From a virus: a stretch of DNA of 64,000 nucleotides. Below the pieces are notes generated by a model. The model saw only the letters and a program-made list of their open reading frames with translations, was not told the DNA's origin and made no database searches. Positions 49,782 through 56,691 of this stretch are shown here, one piece after another. Positions within the stretch are counted from its first letter, which is position 1. The number at the start of each line of letters is the position of its first letter. Both the position numbers and the translations under genes were made by a program. The DNA lies in the IMG/VR virus record IMGVR_UViG_3300018481_000003, positions 1-64,000 of that record; one strand, written 5' to 3'.

Positions 49782-50867
49782 GTGAGCAACCCCGACTTCC
49801 ACTTACCATCGGACGAGCCGCTCTCAGCGGAGGTCCTCCGAGACATTCAGTACCGCGACGTAAAGATCATCCTTGGCCTTTCCCACTGGTGCGGCTGGAC
49901 CATCCACAAGGCCAAGACCTTCCACCTTCGGGCGTACGACGGCACGTCGATGGAAATCCCGACGAATACCAACCTCAACATCCGGGTGTTCCGGTCAAAG
50001 ATCCGCACGATCCTGCGCCACCGTGACACCGACATCTCTACGCCGGTCGGCGTGATGGTTGGTTCGATCATCGAGACGTTCAAGGTGGACAAGTCGCACG
50101 CCACGCTGCTCTGGAAGCTGGCCAACGAGGTCAAGCCAATCGCCAACGGAGAGAAGGCGGCGATGGCTGAACTTCCTGACGTGCGCCGGATCACCAAAGT
50201 CGAGCCGTGGTCGGCGCACAGTCGTACCCGCAAGGACGGCGTTACCGAGACGTACCCGTCGAAGGCCGTGATGGAGCGCACGTGGTCTGATAACACAACG
50301 GACTACGCTTGCCGCTGGGACGATTGCTCGTACACCAACGAGAACCCACGGTCAACGGCCCGTCACTACGCCGCCCACCGACGTGGCGAGGGCAAGCAGT
50401 CACAGCCCCTTCCCGATGGCGTCGATCCGACGTGGACCCCACAGAAGCGTGCTCGCATCGCCAGGCTGCGTGGAGAAGTGGACGGCGCTCTGCGTGCGGC
50501 ACTGGCTCAGAACATCGACTGGTCGGTGGTCGATCAGGCTGAGTGGATCGCCACCTGGATCATCGAACACCGTGTCGAACCGTTGGGTGACGGCGAGGGC
50601 GGCGGCAGTGAGCGGGAGTTGACGGCTGAGGAACTCCTTGACCGTATCGCTGCTCTGGCCAGCCGTGGTCGGACCCCCCTCCTGCGCCAGCAGATCGACT
50701 CGCTCAACGCAGCAGTCGAGGGCTACATGTCCGAAGTGGATACCGTCCGGGCAGAGGCGGCACTGGCTACGGCCCGAGCCGAACGAGCGGAGAACAATCT
50801 CCACACGCTCCGTGATCTGCTCAACGAAACCGATCCGATCACTAAGGAAGAGGCGCAAGATGGGTGA
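49782..50867 (+). CDS. hypothetical early protein with a C2H2-type zinc finger and a C-terminal coiled-coil (361 aa)
   Basis: In-frame part of ORF 49521..50867; the upstream part overlaps the previous gene and the terminator. GTG 49782 is the preferred start. Finger sequence YACRWDDCSYTNENPRSTARHYAAH. Confidence 0.6.
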   Translation: MSNPDFHLPSDEPLSAEVLRDIQYRDVKIILGLSHWCGWTIHKAKTFHLRAYDGTSMEIPTNTNLNIRVFRSKIRTILRHRDTDISTPVGVMVGSIIETFKVDKSHATLLWKLANEVKPIANGEKAAMAELPDVRRITKVEPWSAHSRTRKDGVTETYPSKAVMERTWSDNTTDYACRWDDCSYTNENPRSTARHYAAHRRGEGKQSQPLPDGVDPTWTPQKRARIARLRGEVDGALRAALAQNIDWSVVDQAEWIATWIIEHRVEPLGDGEGGGSERELTAEELLDRIAALASRGRTPLLRQQIDSLNAAVEGYMSEVDTVRAEAALATARAERAENNLHTLRDLLNETDPITKEEAQDG

Positions 50868-51045
50868 GGAACCACCGACCGAAGTCCCCGGCATCAATGA
50901 CATCTACATCGCTGAGTTGAGCGACGGTGTGGCGATGTACTGCGACAAGTGCGGGCAAGAAATCTACAACGGCGTCCAGATCAACGTCGGTGACGTGATC
51001 ATCGAGGCTGCCAACCACATCAGAGAGCACAAGGACAATGGCTGA
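50860..51045 (+). CDS. hypothetical small protein (61 aa) with a CxxC motif
   Basis: In-frame part of ORF 50638..51045. ATG 50860 follows AAGGAAGAGG. Sequence MGEEPPTEVPGINDIYIAELSDGVAMYCDKCGQEIYNG.. Confidence 0.6.
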   Translation: MGEEPPTEVPGINDIYIAELSDGVAMYCDKCGQEIYNGVQINVGDVIIEAANHIREHKDNG

Positions 51046-51313
51046 GCGTGAGCGTTTCCCCGAAGACTGGAACCCAGTCGATGCTGGCTACATCACCGGG
51101 ATGCCGATGGATGATGGGCGCTACTGGTGCCTGCTCCTGCTGACGTTCGGCCGGTTGCGTATCGTCATCGCAGAGGATCAGTTCAGCGCTGGCGAGCACT
51201 GGTGCTACGAGGACAACGCCGCCGCCATGCTGAGTTACTTCGCCGGTTCTGACGTTCCTCCGGTCGGCTGGAAGCGGCACATGCTTCCTGACGGAATGTT
51301 TGAGAGGCGCTGA
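51038..51313 (+). CDS. hypothetical protein (91 aa)
   Basis: ORF 51038..51313 with an 8-nt overlap with the previous gene. Confidence 0.6.
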   Translation: MAERERFPEDWNPVDAGYITGMPMDDGRYWCLLLLTFGRLRIVIAEDQFSAGEHWCYEDNAAAMLSYFAGSDVPPVGWKRHMLPDGMFERR

Positions 51314-51717
51314 TGAGCGAGGTCCGTTCCCAGCCATGTAGTTCCTGTCCGTACCGTCAGGACGTGCCCTCAGGTGTGTGGGCGCACGACGAGTACGAGA
51401 AACTGAGGGACTATGACGCTCCCACAGCAGAACAACCCTTCGCAACCTTCGCCTGCCACGCCACCCCCGATCACCACTGCCACGGGTGGGCCGTCGTCCA
51501 CACCAGCAGAGGAAACGAGTACGACCTCATCGCTCTGCGTATTTGGCCACCGGAGGGTGGCATCCCTGAGGCGGCTGTTCCACTGTTCGACTCAGGCAAC
51601 GATGCGGCCGACCATGGGCAGGCCGACATCACCGATCCGTCCACTGACGCCAAGGTGGTAACACAACGATTGATGAGAAAGTACCCACGACTCCAGAGCG
51701 ATGATGAAGCGGTGTGA
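51313..51717 (+). CDS. hypothetical Cys/His-rich protein (134 aa)
   Basis: ORF 51313..51717 with a TGATG overlap. Sequence ..QPCSSCPYRQDVPSGVWAHDEY..FACHATPDHHCHGW.. Confidence 0.6.
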   Translation: MSEVRSQPCSSCPYRQDVPSGVWAHDEYEKLRDYDAPTAEQPFATFACHATPDHHCHGWAVVHTSRGNEYDLIALRIWPPEGGIPEAAVPLFDSGNDAADHGQADITDPSTDAKVVTQRLMRKYPRLQSDDEAV

Positions 51718-51764
51718 GTGCGGGCAGTATCCCGACGTGTGTGCCCACTACGGTCACGCCAACA

Positions 51765-51784
51765 GATACGGAGGTATCACAATG
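51765..51784 (+). promoter_or_regulatory. SD-in-hairpin cassette GATAC-GGAG-GTATC-ACA-ATG (copy 3)
   Basis: Identical over 21 nt to copy 1 (13422-13442), directly upstream of ATG 51782. Confidence 0.6.
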
Positions 51785-51967
51785 AACTGGCAGAGTGAAG
51801 AGCATTCCCTGATGGCCGGGATGCTCATCGGCCACCTGATGAAGGCCGGGGTCAAGGCCTACCCATCCGTCGATGAGCACGGCGACTACATGAACGAGAT
51901 CGTCATCGAACTGGACCCTGGCGTCGAGTCGATGAAGGTCAAGATTTCGGTGATGCCTCCGTTGTGA
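51782..51967 (+). CDS. hypothetical small protein (61 aa)
   Basis: In-frame part of ORF 51701..51967 from ATG 51782 behind the SD cassette. Sequence MNWQSEEHSLMAGMLIGHLMKAGVKAYPSVDEHGDYMNEIVIELDPG.. Confidence 0.6.
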   Translation: MNWQSEEHSLMAGMLIGHLMKAGVKAYPSVDEHGDYMNEIVIELDPGVESMKVKISVMPPL

Positions 51968-52045
51968 TAGCGCCCTACTGCTAGTAGGTTGATCATCGTG
52001 AACGGGGCACCACGCCCCATCGGAGCAAGAAACAGGAGTACCACC

Positions 52046-53872
52046 GTGACCGATACGAGCGCCGCCAAGGCGCGTACCACCCGGAGGAAGCTGCAAAGCG
52101 TTCCTCCCCCACCTGATCCGGCACCACCGGACCCGGTGGACTTGGAGCTACTTGAAGAGTGCTCCCAACACACCATGGAGGACGGCAGGCAACTGCTGTA
52201 CTTCGAAGACGGGCAGAAGCCGAGCGACGTGCTGCTGGAGGCAGTCGATGTCGTGGTGGCCGAGAACAACATGCGGTTGCAGGCAGGAGGGTTCCACCCC
52301 GACCTAATCTTCCGCAGCGGCAAGGACAGTGGGCAGTTCGTCACCCTCGCCAAGGATGACGACGGCACCGTGGTCGTCAAGCCGCTGACCAACGTCGGCA
52401 TCTCGATGGCCTTGCAGAGTCGCTTCTGCTACCTCGCTGGGAAGAAGGTCAAGACGCACCGTCCGATGCCTGGCTGGTTCGCCGGGGCATTGAACTACGG
52501 CAACACCGAGTACCGCTTCCCGATCCTCAACGGACTGCTCAACCATCCGGCCATCCATCTCGACGGCAACATCGTGGACCGTGAGGGCTACGACCCGGTG
52601 ACCAAGTGCTGGGTCGTCGCTGGTTGGGACAACCTCAAGGTTCCGGCCAAGCCGAGCGCCAAGCAGATGACGGCGGCGATCCAAACGCTGCGTGAGCCGT
52701 TCGAAGAGGTCATCTTCGCTGGCGACAACGTGGTCGATGCCAGCCCGGTCAAGGGCGACGGAGCGATCATGGTGGCGAGCGAGGCCAACGCCCTCGGGTT
52801 GATGTTCACCCCGTTGGTGCGGGCGCAGTTGACGACTGCACCGTTCTTCATCATCACGTCGAGTCAGTGGGGCACGGCCAAGGGCCTCGTCGCCACGATC
52901 ATCTCGATCATCGCTCAGGACAGCGCACCGTTGCTCACCGACATGAAGATCAGCCCCGATCAGATGGAGAAGAACGTGGACCGCGTGCTCCACGACCATC
53001 CCGGCGCCAAGATCATCCAGTTCGATGAGCCGCAGGACGCCAACAGTGGTGGTCGGTTCCACAGTCGCAAGCTGGCTCTGCTGGCGACGACCGACAAGTA
53101 CGTCAACCGTCCGGTGTACGGGCGGGCGGCGGTGTCGGTGGACACACGACGGACGATGATCTTCACCGGCATCAACATCAGGCCCGACCAGGACATGGTG
53201 CGTCGGGTCAGCTTCATCGAGTTGGCCCTCCCGGAGGATGGCACGCTGCCCCATGAGCGTGAGTTCAAGCATGAGGACCGCAACGACAAGGTGAAGCTCC
53301 AGCAGTGGGTCAGCGCCAACCGGCGCAACTTCATCGCTGCGATGCTCACGCTGGTCAACGGATGGCGGGAGGCGGGCTGCCCGCAAGCCGACTTCTCCTT
53401 CGACTTCCCCGAGTGGGTCCACACTGTCGGCGGCATCCTCCAGAATGCCGGTATCACAACGTGGATGGCCAACCGCAACGACGTGTACTCCAACGCTGAC
53501 GAGGCGTTGAAGACGGCCTTCATTCTCGGTGTCGCAGGAGTCACCGGAGCGGGACCGTTCACGTCACGGCAGATCGCCAAGCTGCTGATCAACTCCAAGC
53601 AGTCCGAGGAACTGATGGACAAGCTGGCCTGGGACGACACCTGGGCACGCAAGCTCCACCAGGGATGGAAGGACGAGGACGAGATGACCTACTGCATCGG
53701 TCGGCTGCTGGGCGGGTTGAAGGACCGGCTCCTGGCGGACGGCAACGGTGGTCGGATCATCGTGTCGTCTCCCGGCGTCAACCACGCCAAGCAACAGGTG
53801 TGGACTTTCACGACTCCTGGGGTGACAGTGCCTCAGGTCAAGCGAGGTCGTCCCCGCAAGTCCACTCCGTAA
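52046..53872 (+). CDS. P4/D5-type (SF3) primase-helicase-like protein with a non-canonical P-loop and a C-terminal AT-hook
   Basis: In-frame part of ORF 51989..53872. GTG 52046 lies 8 nt after AGGAG. Layout ..RFPILNGLLNHPAIHLDGNIVDREGYDP..FFIITSSQWGTAKGLVATIISII..KIIQFDEP.. The P-loop position reads SSQWGTAKG rather than GxxGxGK[ST]. The protein ends ..VKRGRPRKSTP. Confidence 0.45.
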   Translation: MTDTSAAKARTTRRKLQSVPPPPDPAPPDPVDLELLEECSQHTMEDGRQLLYFEDGQKPSDVLLEAVDVVVAENNMRLQAGGFHPDLIFRSGKDSGQFVTLAKDDDGTVVVKPLTNVGISMALQSRFCYLAGKKVKTHRPMPGWFAGALNYGNTEYRFPILNGLLNHPAIHLDGNIVDREGYDPVTKCWVVAGWDNLKVPAKPSAKQMTAAIQTLREPFEEVIFAGDNVVDASPVKGDGAIMVASEANALGLMFTPLVRAQLTTAPFFIITSSQWGTAKGLVATIISIIAQDSAPLLTDMKISPDQMEKNVDRVLHDHPGAKIIQFDEPQDANSGGRFHSRKLALLATTDKYVNRPVYGRAAVSVDTRRTMIFTGINIRPDQDMVRRVSFIELALPEDGTLPHEREFKHEDRNDKVKLQQWVSANRRNFIAAMLTLVNGWREAGCPQADFSFDFPEWVHTVGGILQNAGITTWMANRNDVYSNADEALKTAFILGVAGVTGAGPFTSRQIAKLLINSKQSEELMDKLAWDDTWARKLHQGWKDEDEMTYCIGRLLGGLKDRLLADGNGGRIIVSSPGVNHAKQQVWTFTTPGVTVPQVKRGRPRKSTP

Positions 53873-53988
53873 TGCGGGGGGATGCGGGGGGATCAACCCC
53901 GACCTTCGGAGGTCCAGGGCATTGTCCCTGGGCCTTCGTCGTTGTGGGCTGGAAGGTGGCCGAACATCCCCCCGCATCCCCCCGCATT
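53871..53988. repeat. perfect 23-bp inverted repeat (each arm = 2 x ATGCGGGGGG) enclosing a 72-nt three-hairpin core
   Basis: 53871-53893, AATGCGGGGGGATGCGGGGGGAT, is the exact reverse complement of 53966-53988. Inner hairpins lie at 53901-53914, 53914-53931 and 53931-53961. TTTATTAT follows. Confidence 0.85.
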
Positions 53989-54005
53989 TATTATCTCAAT
54001 GCGTG

Positions 54006-54036
54006 CGTTGATATCAACGTGGTAGCTCGCTATGGT
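54006..54036 (+). promoter_or_regulatory. candidate promoter (TTGATA - 17 nt - TATGGT) overlapped by the 14-bp palindrome CGTTGATATCAACG (operator-like)
   Basis: Palindrome 54006-54019; -35 at 54008-54013; -10 at 54031-54036 (TANNNT). Lies 34 nt upstream of ATG 54070, which has a GGAGGA SD. Confidence 0.4.
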
Positions 54037-54069
54037 TCCGTCTCTTAGCGACACCGGAGGACTAACACC

Positions 54070-54792
54070 ATGGAGCACACGAAGTACGAGGCCCTCGTCA
54101 ACGAGGGGAGGAATCTTTGGACGAACAGCAAGCAGGCTCAGGCCCGCTTGATGGTCATCCTCAAGATCGTTCAGGACGACGGCTGTCTCGACACCTACTG
54201 CGAGGACATCGGCCTCACCCCGGCAACGGCGAAGAACTACCTCGCCGCCTACGACAAGTTTCTTGACCTCGGCTTCGTCCCTGGGTCGGGAGATGGCGTC
54301 GATCAGACCATCGTCAGGATGTGGGAAGACATCTACGACCCGACGCTTTTCGATCCGCGCTATAGCACGGTGGATCGTGAAGGTGTGGACGCCGCCGCCA
54401 GAGAGTTGGAGTTGAGAGGTTCGACCAAGGCCTACGACATCGCCAAGAACCCCAACTCGATGAAGGCGGCAATCATCGGTGACGGACGTGCCGCTTCGGC
54501 AGCAGTCGAAGCGATCATCGCCAGGGCCAAGACCGATCCGTTGATCGCCATCGCTTTGCGGGCTGGCTTTCGTGACACCCCGCCTCGTCCTCTGGACCGT
54601 CCGCATCGGGACGCCGACACCATCGTCAGGGATGCTCTGCACTCTCTCGACCATGCGGCCATCCGCCTGACCGAGATCGACGTTCCTGACTACATGGCCG
54701 ATCTCGTCGCCCGTCATGTGGGGAACTCCCTCGGCATTCTCCACAACGTCATCACGATCATGAGGGGGAAGGGGGTGTTGCAGGACTTGTAG
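54070..54792 (+). CDS. hypothetical early protein (240 aa), possible HTH near the N-terminus
   Basis: ORF 54070..54792 with SD GGAGGA. Sequence ..CEDIGLTPATAKNYLAAYDKF.. Confidence 0.65.
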   Translation: MEHTKYEALVNEGRNLWTNSKQAQARLMVILKIVQDDGCLDTYCEDIGLTPATAKNYLAAYDKFLDLGFVPGSGDGVDQTIVRMWEDIYDPTLFDPRYSTVDREGVDAAARELELRGSTKAYDIAKNPNSMKAAIIGDGRAASAAVEAIIARAKTDPLIAIALRAGFRDTPPRPLDRPHRDADTIVRDALHSLDHAAIRLTEIDVPDYMADLVARHVGNSLGILHNVITIMRGKGVLQDL

Positions 54793-54863
54793 TCCGCAAG
54801 GACTAATGACACAACACCAGTTGTGTCTCGGAGCACATCGGCCCGAGGGCCGAAAGGGGAACA

Positions 54864-55382
54864 ATGAGCATTGCTCAGGCAGCAGCGCTGCGAACACACC
54901 TCCAGAACCTCACGACATCAGGGGCGGCGATCACCGCCTACCCGGATGCCGAGGAACTGGTTCTCAACTGGGGGGCCACGACTTACGACGTGGCTGATCT
55001 CGTCAGAGCCGTCCGTCAGGGCTGCCCTCCCGGTTACATCATCCCGTTCGTCTGCAAGTGGACGGACATGCGGGTGATCATGGCCCACGGCAACGGCCAG
55101 TGGTTCACTCACGCCTTGCTGGCGACGGCAGCTTCGATGTCGTACTGCAAGACGAGACTGCGGAACGTCGCTCGCGACTTCCGCAACATGGCGGCAGGGT
55201 TCCCGGCAGGGACGCCCTTCCGTGTGAGCACGGAGAACTTCTGCTCCGTGGTCGAGGCGTTCACGGCACCGGGCTACGGCCCCCTGTCCATCGCCATCAC
55301 CCAGTTGCCGATGCTCGCTCGTCGGGCCTCGGCAGCAGAACGGGCGTTGCTCACCAGTGAGGCGGCACGTTACGCTGCCTAG
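54864..55382 (+). CDS. hypothetical early protein (172 aa)
   Basis: ORF 54864..55382 with SD AAAGGGGA. Confidence 0.65.
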   Translation: MSIAQAAALRTHLQNLTTSGAAITAYPDAEELVLNWGATTYDVADLVRAVRQGCPPGYIIPFVCKWTDMRVIMAHGNGQWFTHALLATAASMSYCKTRLRNVARDFRNMAAGFPAGTPFRVSTENFCSVVEAFTAPGYGPLSIAITQLPMLARRASAAERALLTSEAARYAA

Positions 55383-55461
55383 TTCACAGGTGGTTACCGG
55401 TTCGGACCCGGTCTGTTGCTCATGAGGCGCAGTAAGGCTCAAACGGAGAGCTACCAACCAG

Positions 55462-55494
55462 GAGCCGCCCTTCGGGGCGGCTCTTGTCGTTATT
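55462..55494 (+). terminator. intrinsic terminator
   Basis: GAGCCGCCC-TTCG-GGGCGGCTC followed by TTGTCGTTATT. Confidence 0.75.
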
Positions 55495-55504
55495 ATGCCA
55501 ACAC

Positions 55505-55577
55505 GCCGGGTTAGCTCAGTAGGCAGAGCAGTCGCCTTGTAAGCGACAGGTCGTCCGTTCGAACCGGACACCCGGCT
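55505..55577 (+). tRNA. tRNA-Thr (anticodon UGU)
   Basis: Hand-folded cloverleaf. Acceptor GCCGGGT/ACCCGGC; D arm GCTC-AGTAGGCA-GAGC; anticodon arm GTCGC-CTTGTAA-GCGAC (TGT); variable AGGTC; T arm GTCCG-TTCGAAC-CGGAC; discriminator T. Confidence 0.9.
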
Positions 55578-55602
55578 CGACGTAACATGAGTCCAGACAA
55601 GC

Positions 55603-55637
55603 GAAGAGGCCGGGGGACTTGCATTCCCGGCCTCTTC
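55603..55637 (+). terminator. terminator-like hairpin downstream of tRNA-Thr
   Basis: GAAGAGGCCGGG / CCCGGCCTCTTC, a 12-bp perfect stem with an 11-nt loop. The tail is not U-rich (ATAAACC). Confidence 0.5.
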
Positions 55638-55665
55638 ATAAACCTCGTTCCGATCTGAGGTCAAC

Positions 55666-56592
55666 ATGGATAAGGGTAAGGGACGGCAAGCCAGGTTGCA
55701 AGCCTACGACGCCATCAGGCGGATGGAGAGGCCCGACAGCATCACGCCGACCAACTGGAATCGGGTGGAGCAACTGCTCTGGATCATCGCTCGCCGGTAC
55801 CCGAAGGCCTACCCCAGCCAGGAACGGTTGGCCGCTGAAATGAAGTTGAGTACTCGCACAGTACGTCGGTTGATTCGCATGGCTAGAGAGGCCGGGTTGC
55901 TAACGGTGTGGCGTGATGCAGGGACGAAGAAGCGTCACAGTTACTCCAAGACGAACTGGTATCACATCACGGAGTTGCTAGAGCATGAGGACAAAGTGTC
56001 CCCATTGAATGAGGACAGAATGGCCTTCGAAGGTACAGGTGATACTTCCGTATCCCCGTACCAGCAAACACCACCTTCGGTGAAGAGAACTTCGTTCTCT
56101 TCTCCTACGAGTGGTTCGGCCCGCCAGCGGCGGGGCCGAACTACGGTTGAGAAGGTGGACAAGAGCCGAGCAGAACAGATCGCTGCGGCAGCAGGGGATC
56201 GGCGCATCGAGAGGCGACCACGGCAGAAGGAGTTCAATCCTTCTCGGCGCCTGGCTTCCCACTTCCTGGACCAGTGGGAGAACTTGTGCCAGCACCAGAC
56301 ATCGCTGCGCGACTTCCGCCCCGCCGACTCGGTGGGTCAGATGGTTGGTTACTTCCGGGCCACCTTCCTGGCTCCGGTTGCCGGTCGCGTGTACACCCCC
56401 GATGAGGTTCGTGAGTACATCGACCAGTTCATCGAAGAGGTCCGTCGCGGGGACGTACAGGTCAAGCGGAAGCAGTCAGCGTTCATGCGCTTCTGCGGGT
56501 GGTGGGGGCGGGATCGGTCCCCGGACATGCCCGCAGATGTTTCTCGCCGGTACCACGAAGAGGCCTTGACGAAGCGACAGCGGGCGCAGTAA
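55666..56592 (+). CDS. winged-helix/HTH DNA-binding protein (possible replication initiator or regulator)
   Basis: 308 aa with SD GAGG. HTH-like segment ..SQERLAAEMKLSTRTVRRLIRMAREAGLLTV.. Confidence 0.55.
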   Translation: MDKGKGRQARLQAYDAIRRMERPDSITPTNWNRVEQLLWIIARRYPKAYPSQERLAAEMKLSTRTVRRLIRMAREAGLLTVWRDAGTKKRHSYSKTNWYHITELLEHEDKVSPLNEDRMAFEGTGDTSVSPYQQTPPSVKRTSFSSPTSGSARQRRGRTTVEKVDKSRAEQIAAAAGDRRIERRPRQKEFNPSRRLASHFLDQWENLCQHQTSLRDFRPADSVGQMVGYFRATFLAPVAGRVYTPDEVREYIDQFIEEVRRGDVQVKRKQSAFMRFCGWWGRDRSPDMPADVSRRYHEEALTKRQRAQ

Positions 56593-56612
56593 CTTCACTT
56601 CCTCATCAAGTC

Positions 56613-56663
56613 CCCCCCAGGGCCAGTAGGCCATGGCCGTGGTCCTGGGGTAACCCTGGGGGG
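56613..56663. repeat. 10-bp perfect inverted repeat CCCCCCAGGG / CCCTGGGGGG with a palindrome-containing 31-nt loop
   Basis: The arms are at 56613-56622 and 56654-56663. The loop contains GGCCATGGCC and an alternative pairing partner, GGTCCTGGGG. Confidence 0.7.
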
Positions 56664-56691
56664 TTCCTGATGGGGAGGACGAAAGGACTTG

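Noticed and set aside
51701-51781. A longer version of the 51782 gene starting at ATG 51701 (MMKRCECGQYPDVCAHYGHANRYGGIT-M..), which would add a Cys/His-rich N-terminus.
   Set aside because: The identical 21-nt SD cassette precedes ATG 13439, where no upstream coding is possible, so ATG 51782 is the more economical start. I am not fully confident in this rejection: the 27-aa extension has a metal-binding look and its 17-nt overlap with the upstream gene is acceptable.
53871-53988. The 118-bp inverted-repeat element as a MITE or transposon remnant, or as a G-quadruplex.
   Set aside because: There is no target-site duplication flanking the arms (GT on the left, TT on the right). I saw no second copy in the window and no transposase. 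Each strand has only two G6 runs in close proximity, which is not enough for a canonical four-tract quadruplex.
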